Source of the DNA: Octopus vulgaris
Lineage: Eukaryota
Direction: 5' to 3'
DNA: 62,000 nucleotides
Assembly (NCBI GenBank): GCA_951406725.2
Contig: OX597826.1
Coordinates: 60,098,001-60,160,000 of the forward strand
Part shown: one piece after another, positions 40,762 to 53,009 of the stretch
Position numbering within the stretch: the first letter of the stretch is position 1
How the letters are laid out: every line of letters starts with the position of its first letter
The notes under the pieces: model-generated
What the model saw: the letters and a program-made list of their open reading frames with translations, nothing else
The model's database searches: none
What the model was told of the DNA's origin: nothing
Made by a program: the position numbers and the translations under genes

Positions 40762-40968
40762 TTTGTGTGTGTTTGTCCTCCCAACATCGCTTGACAACCG
40801 ATGCTGGTGTGTTTACGTCCCCGTATCTTTGCGCTTCGGCAAAATAGACCGATAGAATAAGTACTAGGCTTACAAAGAATAAGTCCTGGGATCGATTTGC
40901 TCGACTAAAGGCGATGCTCCAGCATGGCCGCAGTCAAATCACTGAAACAAGTAAGAGTAAAAGAGTAT
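40615..40968 (+). mobile_element. SINE family A, 5'-truncated
   Basis: Starts at AGCCTTGTGGGTGGATTTG; full 3' tail. Confidence 0.88.
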
Positions 40969-41970
40969 CCGTATCTCCTTCTGAACTGACCAACCTTCTG
41001 CTCTTTACACAGTTATTAGCCGCTTTCATGAGCCCACTATATTATACACTTAAGTAATCCCATTTCTAGGCCAATTTTGAAAATCACACACAGACACATA
41101 CACACAACACACATACATGTACGCACGCACACACACAAACACAGACACATAAACACACAATAGAAACAATAACTCCATAACTCAGTCATATATACATATA
41201 CATTTATGTATGCATGCAAGAATATATGCAATCATAAATGCATGTCTTCAAGTATACATATGTAAACACAACGCCATCATCCATAGACGTACATGCATAA
41301 AGGGTTAATCTTAGGCGCGTTTTGGAACATTTTCTGCTCAAATTATACCGATTTAATCAATCCTGTACTAGTATCTAGTTTCTCTAATATATTTTCTATT
41401 CTAAATAAGAGATTCAGTTATTACCCCACCATCTTAGCGTCGATCTGACTGAATTTCTTTTAATAAATGCTTCGCACCTCATGGGATTTCGTTAATACCA
41501 TCAATGTTGTGCATTTAGGTAAAACATTAGCACTAACATCAAAAATGTGAACTAAGATAACTTAAGCATTCTTCTCACTTCGTTACGTCTTTGCACTTAG
41601 GATATAATTTAATTAGCTGATATGAAAATGATACGTTTCAAACGAACGCTTTGACGATATTTCTTTTCCTACTTGTTTAGAGATGTTACAAAGCAACAAC
41701 CCTTTTTTGGGCAAAAATATGAGGAAACTAACGGCTCACGTATTAATCGCTACTGAAGATACACGTACGAATTCCTTGGAAATATATGGTAACATGATTT
41801 GGAATATCAATACCTGCTTGTGTAAGGAGAACGGCTTTATCCAGAAAGTTATTTTCTCTGATATTATTTGGGTAACTATAATTCTGACGTGGATGGGTTA
41901 ATTAGTCTACACTAATGTCATTCTCAGAGTCAAATTTGTAGTCAGGAAGTGTAATCCACAAGGGGCTGAG

Positions 41971-42120
41971 TACCAGTCATTGCAAATGATCAACTACTTT
42001 TAGATTTTACCGCTGACTCTTTTGGCTTCGAGACTATATTAGTCAAGACTATATTAGTCTCGAAGCCAAAAGAGTCAGTGGTAAAATCTAAGAATAGTTG
42101 ATAATTTGCAATGACCGGTA
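41971..42120. repeat. Inverted repeat, 65-bp arms, with a duplicated 13-mer at the apex
   Basis: 41971-42035 vs 42056-42120, 5 mismatches; apex GACTATATTAGTC-AA-GACTATATTAGTC. Confidence 0.9.
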
Positions 42121-42514
42121 AGATTCGTTATTATTTTTTCTATGATTATAGTTTACATCCTTGGTTAAAATATTTTTATACGCGTTCGCGTCAATAATAT
42201 ATAGACCCGTTGTTTGCATACTTAGATGCATACATAAATACATACATACGTTCGTACACATAAACATTCGTATATAACGATAACCGTAACGCGGAAGGAA
42301 GTATGGAAGTATATATTTGATGTGCTTGACTACGAGTCTTTTATATCTTAAGTGCGTGGCGTACTAAATTGTCATTCAATTTGTAATACAGAAATTATTA
42401 ACGGGCTTTTGATTTTTCGGTTTTTGATAGCTTTGTTCTTTATATTATACCATACATCGATATTTCGAGTATCTCCCTCACAGGAATTCTAGTTCTCCTT
42501 AGAGAATTCGCCTT

Positions 42515-42745
42515 AGGCGGCGAGCTGGCAGAAACTTTAGCGCGCCGGGCAAATTGCTTATCGGTATTCCGTCTCCCTTTACGTTCTGAGTTCAATTTCC
42601 GCCGAGGTCGACTTTGACTTTCATCCTTTCGGGGTCGATAAATTAAGTACCAGCTACGCACTGGGGTCGATGTAATCGACTTAATCCCTTTGTCTGTCCT
42701 TGTCTGTCGCCTCTATGTTTAGCCCCTTGTGTGCAATAAAGAAAA
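42515..42745 (+). mobile_element. SINE family B, full length, with a ~22-bp flanking direct repeat
   Basis: Head GGCGGCGAGCTGGCAGAAAC, B-box GAGTTCAATTTCC, core CTTTCATCCTTTCGGGGTCGATAAATTAAGTACCAG. Flanks GGAATTCTA.TTCTC.TTAGAG at 42483 and 42748. Confidence 0.9.
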
Positions 42746-43345
42746 AAGGAATTCTAATTCTCATTAGAGTGATACTTATTCAAGTTTTTCTAGTTTAAGT
42801 AGATTTCGTTGTGTTGATATGTATGTGTGTGTATGTTTGTGTGTGTGTTTACATATATAAATAAAAGACTTACGAGGAAAGCATCATGGTCGACTATTAA
42901 ATGGGCATACGTATTTTGACATACAAATTTTTTAAAAAGGATCCACTCCCAGTGTTACTAGGAATCTTGAAGCAAATATCATGGGAAATTCGTCCAAAGT
43001 AATTTATTTGAACCAGCGACAGCAAAATGATGTGGTGCTAATGAGAATTTATTTCTTCGCAAAACCCGCAGGAAATAGAAACGATATCTCCTTCAAGTCG
43101 AAACATACAGTTCTTGAAAAATGAAACACCTAATGGAGAATGTAGACGAGAAACCAACAAAAACAAAAAAATGATAATTGTAATTGGAATAACTCTAATC
43201 ATATAATCTGGAGAAATGAAGAGGATATTGCCGTTAAGAACTACTAAACCATCGTTTTTTAAGTATGATAAAAACACACATATACATAAACGCACTAACA
43301 TACAAACACACGTACGTATATATGTACATGAACATATATATATAT

Positions 43346-43695
43346 ACTAGCAGTATCGCCCGGCGTTGCTCAGGTTTGTAAGGGAAATAACTATAAAGCA
43401 TTTTTAGAGAGTTATAGCCAAAAAATGGAAAAAAATGATGGTAAATTTTTTTTGAGAGTAAAAAAAGGTGGAGTTGCGTCCCCTAGACGGTTTGTGTTTC
43501 TGATTCTCGACCCCATGTCGAATTTATCGATTTTTTTCAGAACTGGGGGAACTTTTCAAAATTTTCGCTGCGTTAGTTTTGAATTATGACATTGGGCTAT
43601 GTGTGTGTCAAGTTTCATCAGAATCGGTTGAAAGCCGTGGTCAGGGTGAGGGTACGAGAAAACAGACACAAAGAAACACGCACAGACAAACTGCC

Positions 43696-43725
<30 letters not shown>
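43346..43725 (+). mobile_element. Non-autonomous Helitron/Helentron-like element (Lep1/HINE-like architecture)
   Basis: Begins ACTAGCAGTATCGCCCGGCGTTGCT; subterminal AAGTTTCATCAGAATCGGTT, then ACAGAC repeats and TTTTATATATA. Assignment is by resemblance. Confidence 0.65.
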
Positions 43726-43730
<5 letters not shown>

Positions 43731-43734
43731 GCAT

Positions 43735-43825
43735 AACCTATAGTGGTTAGCCATATTGAGATGGCAAATATACCTCACATTGTCGTGCAGTTACTGTTTA
43801 TACCTCGTTCAGAAATTTATTATTG

Positions 43826-43830
<5 letters not shown>
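43735..43830. mobile_element. Repeat family E fragment
   Basis: Near-identical to segments of 33265-33425. Confidence 0.6.
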
Positions 43831-43860
<30 letters not shown>

Positions 43861-44293
43861 ACACATGTACATATGCAAACACCTACACACGGAAGGATGA
43901 CACACGTACACGCTCACACATATGCATACAATTCATACTAAACATTACAAAGCCCTATCATGATCGAAAATGAGGTTAAATGCAAAGTTACTACATTTAT
44001 GGGAATAAATATGGTATATCGCTTTGAAAAATATATGAATTCATTTCAAACTACGATATAGAAATATGTATTTACGTATAGATGTGTGCAAGCGTTTATT
44101 TTATATACATGCATGTATGTTTATTTGCATGTATTTATTATTTTTATAAATGTATATATGCATAAATTCGAATTTAAGGAAATGTGAATGCATGCATGAA
44201 AACTCATTTATTATGGATAACAATAAATAAGCCGTCATTTAAGCAACGTTCTTTTCGCGATCCTCCTACTGAATGTAATAATATATGGATATG

Positions 44294-44695
<402 letters not shown>

Positions 44696-45309
44696 TCCAC
44701 AAACATATAGATTCCTATACGCGTGTGTATGTGTTTGTGTGTGCCAATACACATGCAGTTATATACAATACAAATATAAAGAGAATATCGTTCATTCCCG
44801 CATTAGTTGAAGTTTCTTTAAATCGGTGGAGCATCCGAACGAGAACTGCATACCCTTTCTTCAGAGTTTTGAAGTTTCGAGCTGAAATCCTGCTGAAGTC
44901 AGCTTTGACTCTCTTCTTCCTATGATCAATGAAAGAGTGGACAAGTCAAGTATCGACTGCGATCTAATCAATGTGTACCGTCTTACGGAAATTGCAGATT
45001 TGTCTTCGGTCAATTGCAGACTTTCATTAAATATGCGCAGTCCAATGAAACACTACTACACGCATTCGTGTAGTGTCTGACGATTGTTGACTTGTGGAGT
45101 TATGACTAACTGTTGCTGTCAGGTGTAGCATTGAAAACCCAAACATATTTGGCACCAATGACCAGTTTCATCTATGCCAACTTTCCTACACATCGGATAT
45201 CATGCGCATAGCAAAACACACTAAAGCGCATAATATATAGTTTAAATATTACATGCATAGTACTATGCAAGAGAAGGCGCATGGCTTAGTGGTTAGGGTA
45301 TTCGGCTTC

Positions 45310-46180
45310 TTTAATTTTCAGCTCCTCAATCATTATTTGATTTTTTAGATCATCTAGATAAGTTGGGTCAATTTCTGTTTGACTTTCTTCACCTATTTGA
45401 TTTTCCTCTGACTTGCTGTTTATGGTTAGTTGAGAGAGTATTTCACTTTATCAGTTACAATGGCTCTTTCTATCATTACTGCATTTTCATCAGCCCTGGA
45501 TTGGTTTATAATTATTTTCTCTTAGTATCTTCTTTAGCTTCAATTTAGTTCCCCTTATCCCTTACCGATTGTTTCATTCGGTCAATCTCTACTTCAGTTA
45601 CTAATTTCTTTTTCATAATGTTTCTTCTGACGTTGGCAAGTTTGTTACTGTCTATGTAGGATCTTAGTTCAAGGTGCTTCTGTCTCCAGTTTAGATAGGT
45701 TTCTTCAATATTAGATTTATTTGTGGGCAAATACATAGCATGATAGAAGGCCTTAAGAAATTTATTATCTGCCCTAAAAAAATTTTCATTCATTTTGTAC
45801 TGGTTATTTGATGACGAGAGTGGATGGCCATTTATTGGAATATTCTGATTATGGGGTACTTTCAGATCCTGTGTTTCGAGAAGATTGAACCAGTACCTGA
45901 TTTTCCGTACCCAGTCTAGTTCCTCACGGGAGTACGCGGCCCATATTGATGCGGGTGGCTGCTGAATCGGTTTGTATTTTGCGTTGTTGTTATGGCGGCA
46001 TGAATGGCTTGGACGTTAACATTAGAGGACGGATCTATCTGTTTAGGAATAATTCTTCGTGACAACACCGCCTCCGAGTTCTTTGAATGAAAACATTGCT
46101 CGTAACGTAGCTTGTTAATGCTAACAGATCTGTATTCGTCTGTATTTTCTTTTGCTGATAGACTTATCTCCAGGCATATT
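45310..46180 (-). mobile_element. R4/Dong-clade non-LTR retrotransposon, N-terminal ORF fragment (disrupted)
   Basis: KFLKAFYHAMYLP...IEETYLNWRQKHLELRSYIDSNKLANVRRNIMKKKLVTEVEIDRMKQSV resembles the R4/Dong N-terminal W...YID..KL.N.R..I.K...TE.EI pattern. Ends at a truncated SINE-D head (45273-45308). Confidence 0.65.
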
Positions 46181-46269
46181 CTTTTTTGTGGTGTTTTTTA
46201 CTTATGAATTGTTCACTCTGTGTTAGTTCGGAAAAAATTGTTTTTTAGTTTCGCTTTTTTTTTTTTTTT

Positions 46270-46562
46270 TCCAAGAACCCAACAATAATTGGCATTATCT
46301 TCATCTTCATTTTCCAAATACCTGGCTATTTCGTGCTTTAGAGGGTTATATCTATCTATCTTTTCACCTTCTTTTTTTAGTATTAAGGGACATGCGACTT
46401 TAACTATGTAGAATATGTAATACACTTTGTCCACCACTACTAGATTCGGTCTCTTATGCACTTGATCTGTTTGGATTGAGAAATCCCAGAGGAATTTGTT
46501 AGTACCCAAACCCGCCACTGTCTGAGGTTTGTCTCCATACCAAATCTTGCCTCTCTCGAGCT
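46270..46562 (-). mobile_element. R4/Dong-clade restriction-like endonuclease (RLE) C-terminal fragment
   Basis: WYGDKPQTV...KFLWDFSIQTDQVHKRPNLVVVDK...EGEKIDRYNPLKHEIAR and, after a frameshift, IWKMKMKIMPIIVG: the WDF.IQ.D..RPD.VVVDK...EK..KY..L..EI.R.W RLE motif. Confidence 0.85.
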
Positions 46563-46564
46563 CC

Positions 46565-46745
46565 ATTATCATCATCATCATCGTCATCATCATCATTATC
46601 ATCATCATCATTATCATCATCATCATCATAATCATCATCATCATCATCATCATCATTATTATTATTATTATTATTATTACAACTATTGTTGTTGTTGTTG
46701 TTTTTGCTGTTGCTGCTGCTTTTTTGTTGTTATTATTATTGATAA
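46565..46745. repeat. Compound (ATC)n-(ATT)n-(GTT)n triplet tract
   Basis: Direct reading. Confidence 0.9.
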
Positions 46746-47116
46746 CAATAATAGTAGCATACTCTGAATGTTTAATCAATGTGCCATTTGGTACACCCAG
46801 TTCTTACTTTATAGGCGACACGAAATAATTTCTAAAACCAACAAACACTGCCAGCCACAGTTTACTTACATCAGGCAATCAGTATGGTTGTATGAGAGAA
46901 CGGAATACAGCTGGCACTGGTTGAACTCTTGTTTGTAATTAAAACAATGGAATCAACAGCCACAAGCGAGAGACAGTTATTTAGAATCTTCTGGAGTGTT
47001 AAGTGAAGAAAACTCGTAGAGTTTTACTTTTTATTTTTTCTTAAGTATAATGAATTATTAAGAATGCAGAGTTTTTCAGTGCTTAAAAAAAAGTCATCAC
47101 CAGCACCTCTGTCATT

Positions 47117-47159
<43 letters not shown>

Positions 47160-47310
47160 GTATCACTGTAACTATCATTATTACAATCGCTTCCACAACT
47201 TTCTGCCATGAACAATTTCGCCATCGTTTTCATCATCGTTGTGATCATCGTTGTGATCGTCAACACATTCAGCTCTACAAGCACCACAATCACCACCAGC
47301 TCGACGCTTC

Positions 47311-47710
47311 TTTTACTCTTTTACTGGTTTCTGTCATTTGACTGTGCCCATGCTGGAGCACCGCCTTTAGTCGAGCAAATTGACCCCCAGGATTTATTTC
47401 TTGTAAGCCTAGTACATATTCTATCGGTTCTTTTGCCGAACCACTAGGTTACGGGGACGTAAACACATCAGCACCGGTCGTCAAGCGATGTTGGGGACCA
47501 AACACAGACGCACAAACATATACACACACATGCATATATATATATAGATATACATATATACGACGGGCTTCTTTCAGTTTCCGTCCACCAAATCCACTCA
47601 CGAGGCTAAAGTAGAAGACAGTTGGCCAAGGTGCAACGCAGTAGGACTGAACCGGGAACCATGAGCTTGGTAAGCAAGCTACTTACCACACGGCCACTCC
47701 TACGTCTATA
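47311..47710 (-). mobile_element. SINE family A with a small internal deletion
   Basis: Reverse complement of the consensus. Confidence 0.85.
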
Positions 47711-49208
47711 ATAATAATAATAATAATAATAATGATGATGATGATGATGATATGACAATAAGTAGTAGTATTAGTAGAAGTAATAGTAGTTGTAGTACCA
47801 GCAGCAGTAGCAATAGTGTGGTGAATGAGACGGAGGAGTTCAATTCAGTGGAAATGTAGCATTCCTTAACATTTCTAATTGTTGATTATGTTTATTAGAG
47901 CTATTACTTTTTTAAGCTTTTGCTCTCTATTTTGTACATCGAGAACATTTCTGCCGTAAATATTTTGCCATAAATGTTTCTCCTACAAATATGATTCAAG
48001 TAAATGCCTGTATTTCGCCGCCGCAGTCAAGTACGACTGATTAAGTGGGCACCGACTATAGCTGACGACAGTATGTAGTAAATTTTTGAGTTGAAATCTG
48101 GTGTATAGTATACAATGTCTTTACAAACAGGTTATACGTTCCGAGAAACTCATCATTGAGATGAAATATATCAAACGTTGCTCCGATAGGAGTCTGAAAC
48201 TTTTGGAACGAATGAAATCACAATCTCCGTTACACGTGGCCTATGCTCTGAGCAACAAATTTTCGCTAAAATGTACAGTGATATCGATATCTACTCGAGA
48301 GTCAGATGTAATAGCCACCAATGGAAATCATTTCGAATTACACATTCCGTTCGTTAAACATTCCATCTCTCATATCAGCAATATGACTGAGTGCTTACAG
48401 AATGACCACATATTTCTAGTAGTTTTCATTCAATATCTTCATAAAATTAAGCTGTCCGCCGACGGGAAATAACATCATTAGGTGAGACAAGCTGACTGAC
48501 GGGTGACGGTCGTTTAGAAAAAGCGCGGGCTAAAACTACGCACCTTCACTAGTCAGTTAAGGTGAGACAGTGTCACGTGATAACTTGGTGGGGCAGCCTG
48601 CTGGAGCCTTGCGACAGGTATTTAAAGGGAGAAATTTGATAAGACAGTCAGTCACCGGCTGACACTCGCTGACGATACATCGAAGAGGCCAGGGAACAGA
48701 AGAAAGGAGAAGAAAGAAGACATGCACCCAACACCAGAGCTGAAGACACCTCCGAAAGGGGGTGGTCCGCCACGTCAAAACGGTAGAGGAGTAGGGGCCG
48801 AAACCGGACGTGTTTCCTCCTGATGATGTCTTGAGCTAACTGGATCCTAAAAAGGAGCTGTTGTGTTAGCAGACCACGAAACGCGGTTGTAATTCATCCT
48901 TATTTATGTTATCGGTTGATAGGAAGTGATTGAAATATTTATCAGAATGTTGATATCATAAATCCATGCCTTTATGTTGTGATGGTTTCATTGGACAACT
49001 TGCAATTCTAAGCAGGGAAATCCCGCGGAGAATAGCTCACGCTGTAACGGTCTCATAGTTATTTTACAGTAGCCATAGAAGCTAGTATTCAAATAATTTT
49101 GTAACTCGTCTGATTACTTACTTAATCTCTTCGCTCTCAAAGGAGCATAGGCTACCGACGACATTTCTCGTTAGTACCGCATGTATAGGCATGTATGGAC
49201 AACGATTA

Positions 49209-49375
49209 AAACCAAACCCTATCCTGAATCCTACACTCTAACACTAACCCTAAAACCAAACCCTACACTGAAGTCTGAACCTAACCCTAAGCCCGTAAAC
49301 CCTAAAACTAAATCCCAAAACTTAACCCTAACCGTAACTTTAAACACTAATCTTAAACAGCAACCTTATTCCTAA
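49209..49375. repeat. Degenerate (CCCTAA)n-like interstitial repeat
   Basis: Repeated AACCCTA, CCTAA and AACCGTAA units. Confidence 0.7.
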
Positions 49376-49891
49376 ACTTTAATGTACAGTTTGTTTTGGG
49401 AGTTTTTTACAAATATATTTCGTAGAAGATATTTTCCTTTTTAAATTATTTATATGCCTGTCCTATTTCACATGGCTATTCATTAAAACTGTGTTAAAAT
49501 TTCAAATCGTCTAACAACTTTTGTCGTCATAATGATTCGCTTTCATTTTGTTTAATAAAAATTTGTCATACTAATGATTATACTTTCAATTTGTGATAGA
49601 GAACTTTCACGAATAAAATGCCAGCTCCTAAATCTTGTTTTCTGGTTGAATAAAAATTATCACACCTCGGTAAAATTTTTGTAACAGTCTATGGAACAAA
49701 TGAATAAAATATCGGTTTCAGCGTGACATATGATATCAACGTACCAAATTTGAAAATGTTGACTTAATTTTGAAATTTCAAAATCTGTGTCAGCATCAGA
49801 ACATAACCCTTATGCGCACGTGTTCGCATGTATAGAACTAACTAGCTGGCTAGTTTGATAGTTAGCTAGATAGATGGACAGACAGACAGAG

Positions 49892-49926
<35 letters not shown>

Positions 49927-49938
49927 TAGATAGATAGC

Positions 49939-49994
<56 letters not shown>

Positions 49995-51140
49995 CAGAGA
50001 GAGAGAGAGAGAAAATAGATAGATAGATTGATTCATAGATAGACACATATGTTTAAATGCGTGTGTATGTGAATATATACGTGTGTGAGTGTGCGCGCGC
50101 GAGTGTAGCTATATTGTATTTTTGCTAATAGGAAATGAATGCTATCTACCATTGGGGTTTAATCGGCTTTTGATGTTTTCGTTATTTGCAACGAGCCTTA
50201 AGGACATTGCTGATTATGCAGATCTCTACTCAGAAGCATTTCAGTGTTGGTCATCTTATCATCTTTATGGCTGCATATGTCTAGAAGATGCTTGTACGAC
50301 AGGACTAGAGCCCCTTTTGAGGTTCCTTCGCTGGCTCGCATTTGATTGTATTTCGTAAAATGAGTGTAATATTTTCTATTTAGAGTTAGACATTTCGTTC
50401 GTTCTTGTTTACTTTTTTTTCCAGTTTCTCTACTAATCCTATTAATCCACCTATGGCTTCCCTATTGATTTAATCTCTATGCCTACTCTTTAAGGAAACG
50501 CAAAAATCGAAAACCATAGACAGTTTTCAATTTACTATAGCGAAATTCGAAAATATTTACAATCATTTTCGAGTTCCGCTTTAATTTAATATTACGATTT
50601 TAATTGTGAAAACTATGGGTTACGTTATCATTGTCGATTCATTTTATCTAAAAGTAATTAAATTTAAAATATTAGCAGTTAATTACTAATTAGATTCTAG
50701 TTTTTACTTTACGTCTTCTTATAACGAGATATGAGTTTCGATTTGTTATTCTTTTAGTCTTATTCATATATCATTGCTTACCTATCCTACCTCCAGATAT
50801 TATTTTAATAGACGCTCTGCAGTTAGAAATGGTTTATTTTTATATCTGATGAATTTTCCCACTATATTCGGTGTTCGATTGTATTCTACCACGAAACATC
50901 CGCTAGAGACTTACACTTGCGACAAATACTAAGCGACGAGAACATTCGCTGTACATTCGTGAAAATGTCTTCATTTGTTCATTTCAGCTTTTTAAGTTCA
51001 AACGCCATCCAGGTCAACATTTTGCGTCAATGAAATAAAGTAACCTTCCAGTACTGGGATTAATGGTAGCACCTAAAACACCGTCTCTGAAAATTGCTCG
51101 CTTGGACCGGAATGTCTTGCACACATACATTCACATACAA

Positions 51141-51535
51141 AGGAGTGGCTGTGTGCTAAGTAGATTGTTTACCAACAACATGGTTCCGGGTTCAGTCCCA
51201 CTGCGTGGCACCATGGGCAAGTGTTTTCTACTATAGCCTCGGGCCGAGCAAAGCCTTGTCAGTAGATTTGGTAGACGGAAACTGAAAGAAGCCCGTCGTA
51301 TATATGTATATATATGTTTGTGTGTGTATATGTTTGTGTGTCTGTGTTTGTCCCCCTAGCATTGCTTGACAACCGATGCTGGTGTGTTTATATCCCCGTC
51401 ACCTAGCGGTTCGGCAAAAGAGACCGATAGAATAAGTACTGGGCTTACAAAAAGAATAAGTCCCGGGGTCGAGTTGCTCGATTAAAGGCGGTGCTCCAGC
51501 ATGGCCGCAGTCAAAATGACTGAAACAAGTAAAAA
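51141..51535 (+). mobile_element. SINE family A, full length
   Basis: Matches the consensus head, core and tail. Confidence 0.9.
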
Positions 51536-51749
51536 AAAAAAAGAAAAGATATATATGTATACGTATGTGCAGACAAAATCTCACATTTATCCAGACACAC
51601 ACAGACTCTTTCTCACACACACATGTATGTGTGTGTGCACTCCGCCAAGAGAGCGAATATTACGTGTGTTTATATCTTTCTCACAACCACACAATTGCAT
51701 GTATACATGCCCGCGCGTACAAAAACACACTCAGATGCAAACACAAACA

Positions 51750-51825
51750 CACACGTACACTTACACACACGTACACTTACACACACGTACACTTACACAC
51801 ACGTACACTTACACACACGTACAAA
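51750..51825. repeat. 16-bp minisatellite (CACGTACACTTACACA), ~4.5 units
   Basis: Direct reading; period confirmed by the 16-aa repeat in ORF 51501..51935. Confidence 0.85.
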
Positions 51826-51835
51826 GACACTCATA

Positions 51836-52180
51836 TACTCTTTTACTCTTTTACTTATCTCAGTCATTTGACTATGGCCATGCTGGAGCACCGCCTTTAG
51901 TCGAGCTAATCGACCCCAGGACTTATTCTTTGTAAGCCTGGTACTTATTCTATCGGTGTCTTTGCCGAACCGCTAAGTGACCGATGTTGGCGGGGTGGGG
52001 AGAAACAGATACACAAACACACACACACATATACATATACATGGGACGGGCTTCTTTCAGTTTCCCTATACCAAATCCACTCACAAGACTTTGGTCGGTT
52101 CGGTGCCATGCAGTGGGACTGAACCCAGATCCATGTGGTTGGTAAGCAAGCTACTTTCCACACAGCCACTCCTGAGCCTA
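51836..52180 (-). mobile_element. SINE family A with internal deletions, tail-to-tail with the 51141 copy
   Basis: Reverse complement of the consensus. Confidence 0.85.
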
Positions 52181-52181
52181 C

Positions 52182-52231
<50 letters not shown>

Positions 52232-52813
52232 ATATAATACTATAATCACTCAAACCATCTAAACTTCCATATACATTCTTTTTATTAAACACCTAACGAG
52301 GATATTGCGCGAACATATTCCCCTGATGAAAGTGCCATATATTTAAAATCAAAACCTCTCTAAGTACAGTTCCCAGATTTTGGATTTATAGCCCCAACTT
52401 TTCCAGAAATTCTGTACATTTTAATTTTGTTTAAAACCCTGAATAATTTTCGCTTGAAATTTTAACGATTTTGAAATCGCCTATAAAATCCCGTTTTTCT
52501 TTACATCAGCCATAAATTTATATAAAAGAAAGGAAAAAAACATCTTAAATGAAATAACTATATCTTTGTTTACTCTGCCGATAAGACGACTACACTTGTG
52601 TATTTCTGCTTTTACAATCACTTACCGCAGAGAAATACAGTTATGTCCAATTTAAATATGTATATATATAACTATGTGTGTGCGTGTGTGTGTGTGTAAG
52701 TGTGTGTTTTGTTTCCATTTCTGTAGATTCATATATTTCTCTCAAACCCATCAACGATATGTTTGCACGTATGCACGTATGTACAAAGGTTTACACGCCC
52801 GCAGAGACAAGCA

Positions 52814-52935
52814 CATACGCATACACAGACGTACATAATATATTGCAGCTTTAATAAAACTATATATATGTACCCATACGCACACACAGATATACATAAT
52901 ATATTGCAGCTTTAATAAAACCATATATATGTAAG
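52814..52935. repeat. 61-bp tandem duplication
   Basis: TACATAATATATTGCAGCTTTAATAAAAC repeated with period 61. Confidence 0.85.
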
Positions 52936-52976
52936 TGTGTGTGTGTGTGTGTATGTATACACACACATACACACAC

Positions 52977-53009
<33 letters not shown>

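Noticed and set aside
43038-43301. ORF with a signal-peptide-like hydrophobic stretch (MIRVIPITIIIFLFLLVS)
   Set aside because: The hydrophobic run comes from a T-rich tract, there is an in-frame stop after ~55 codons, and no domain is recognised.
50089-50358. 89-aa ORF with a possible acceptor
   Set aside because: No good donor and no recognisable protein family.
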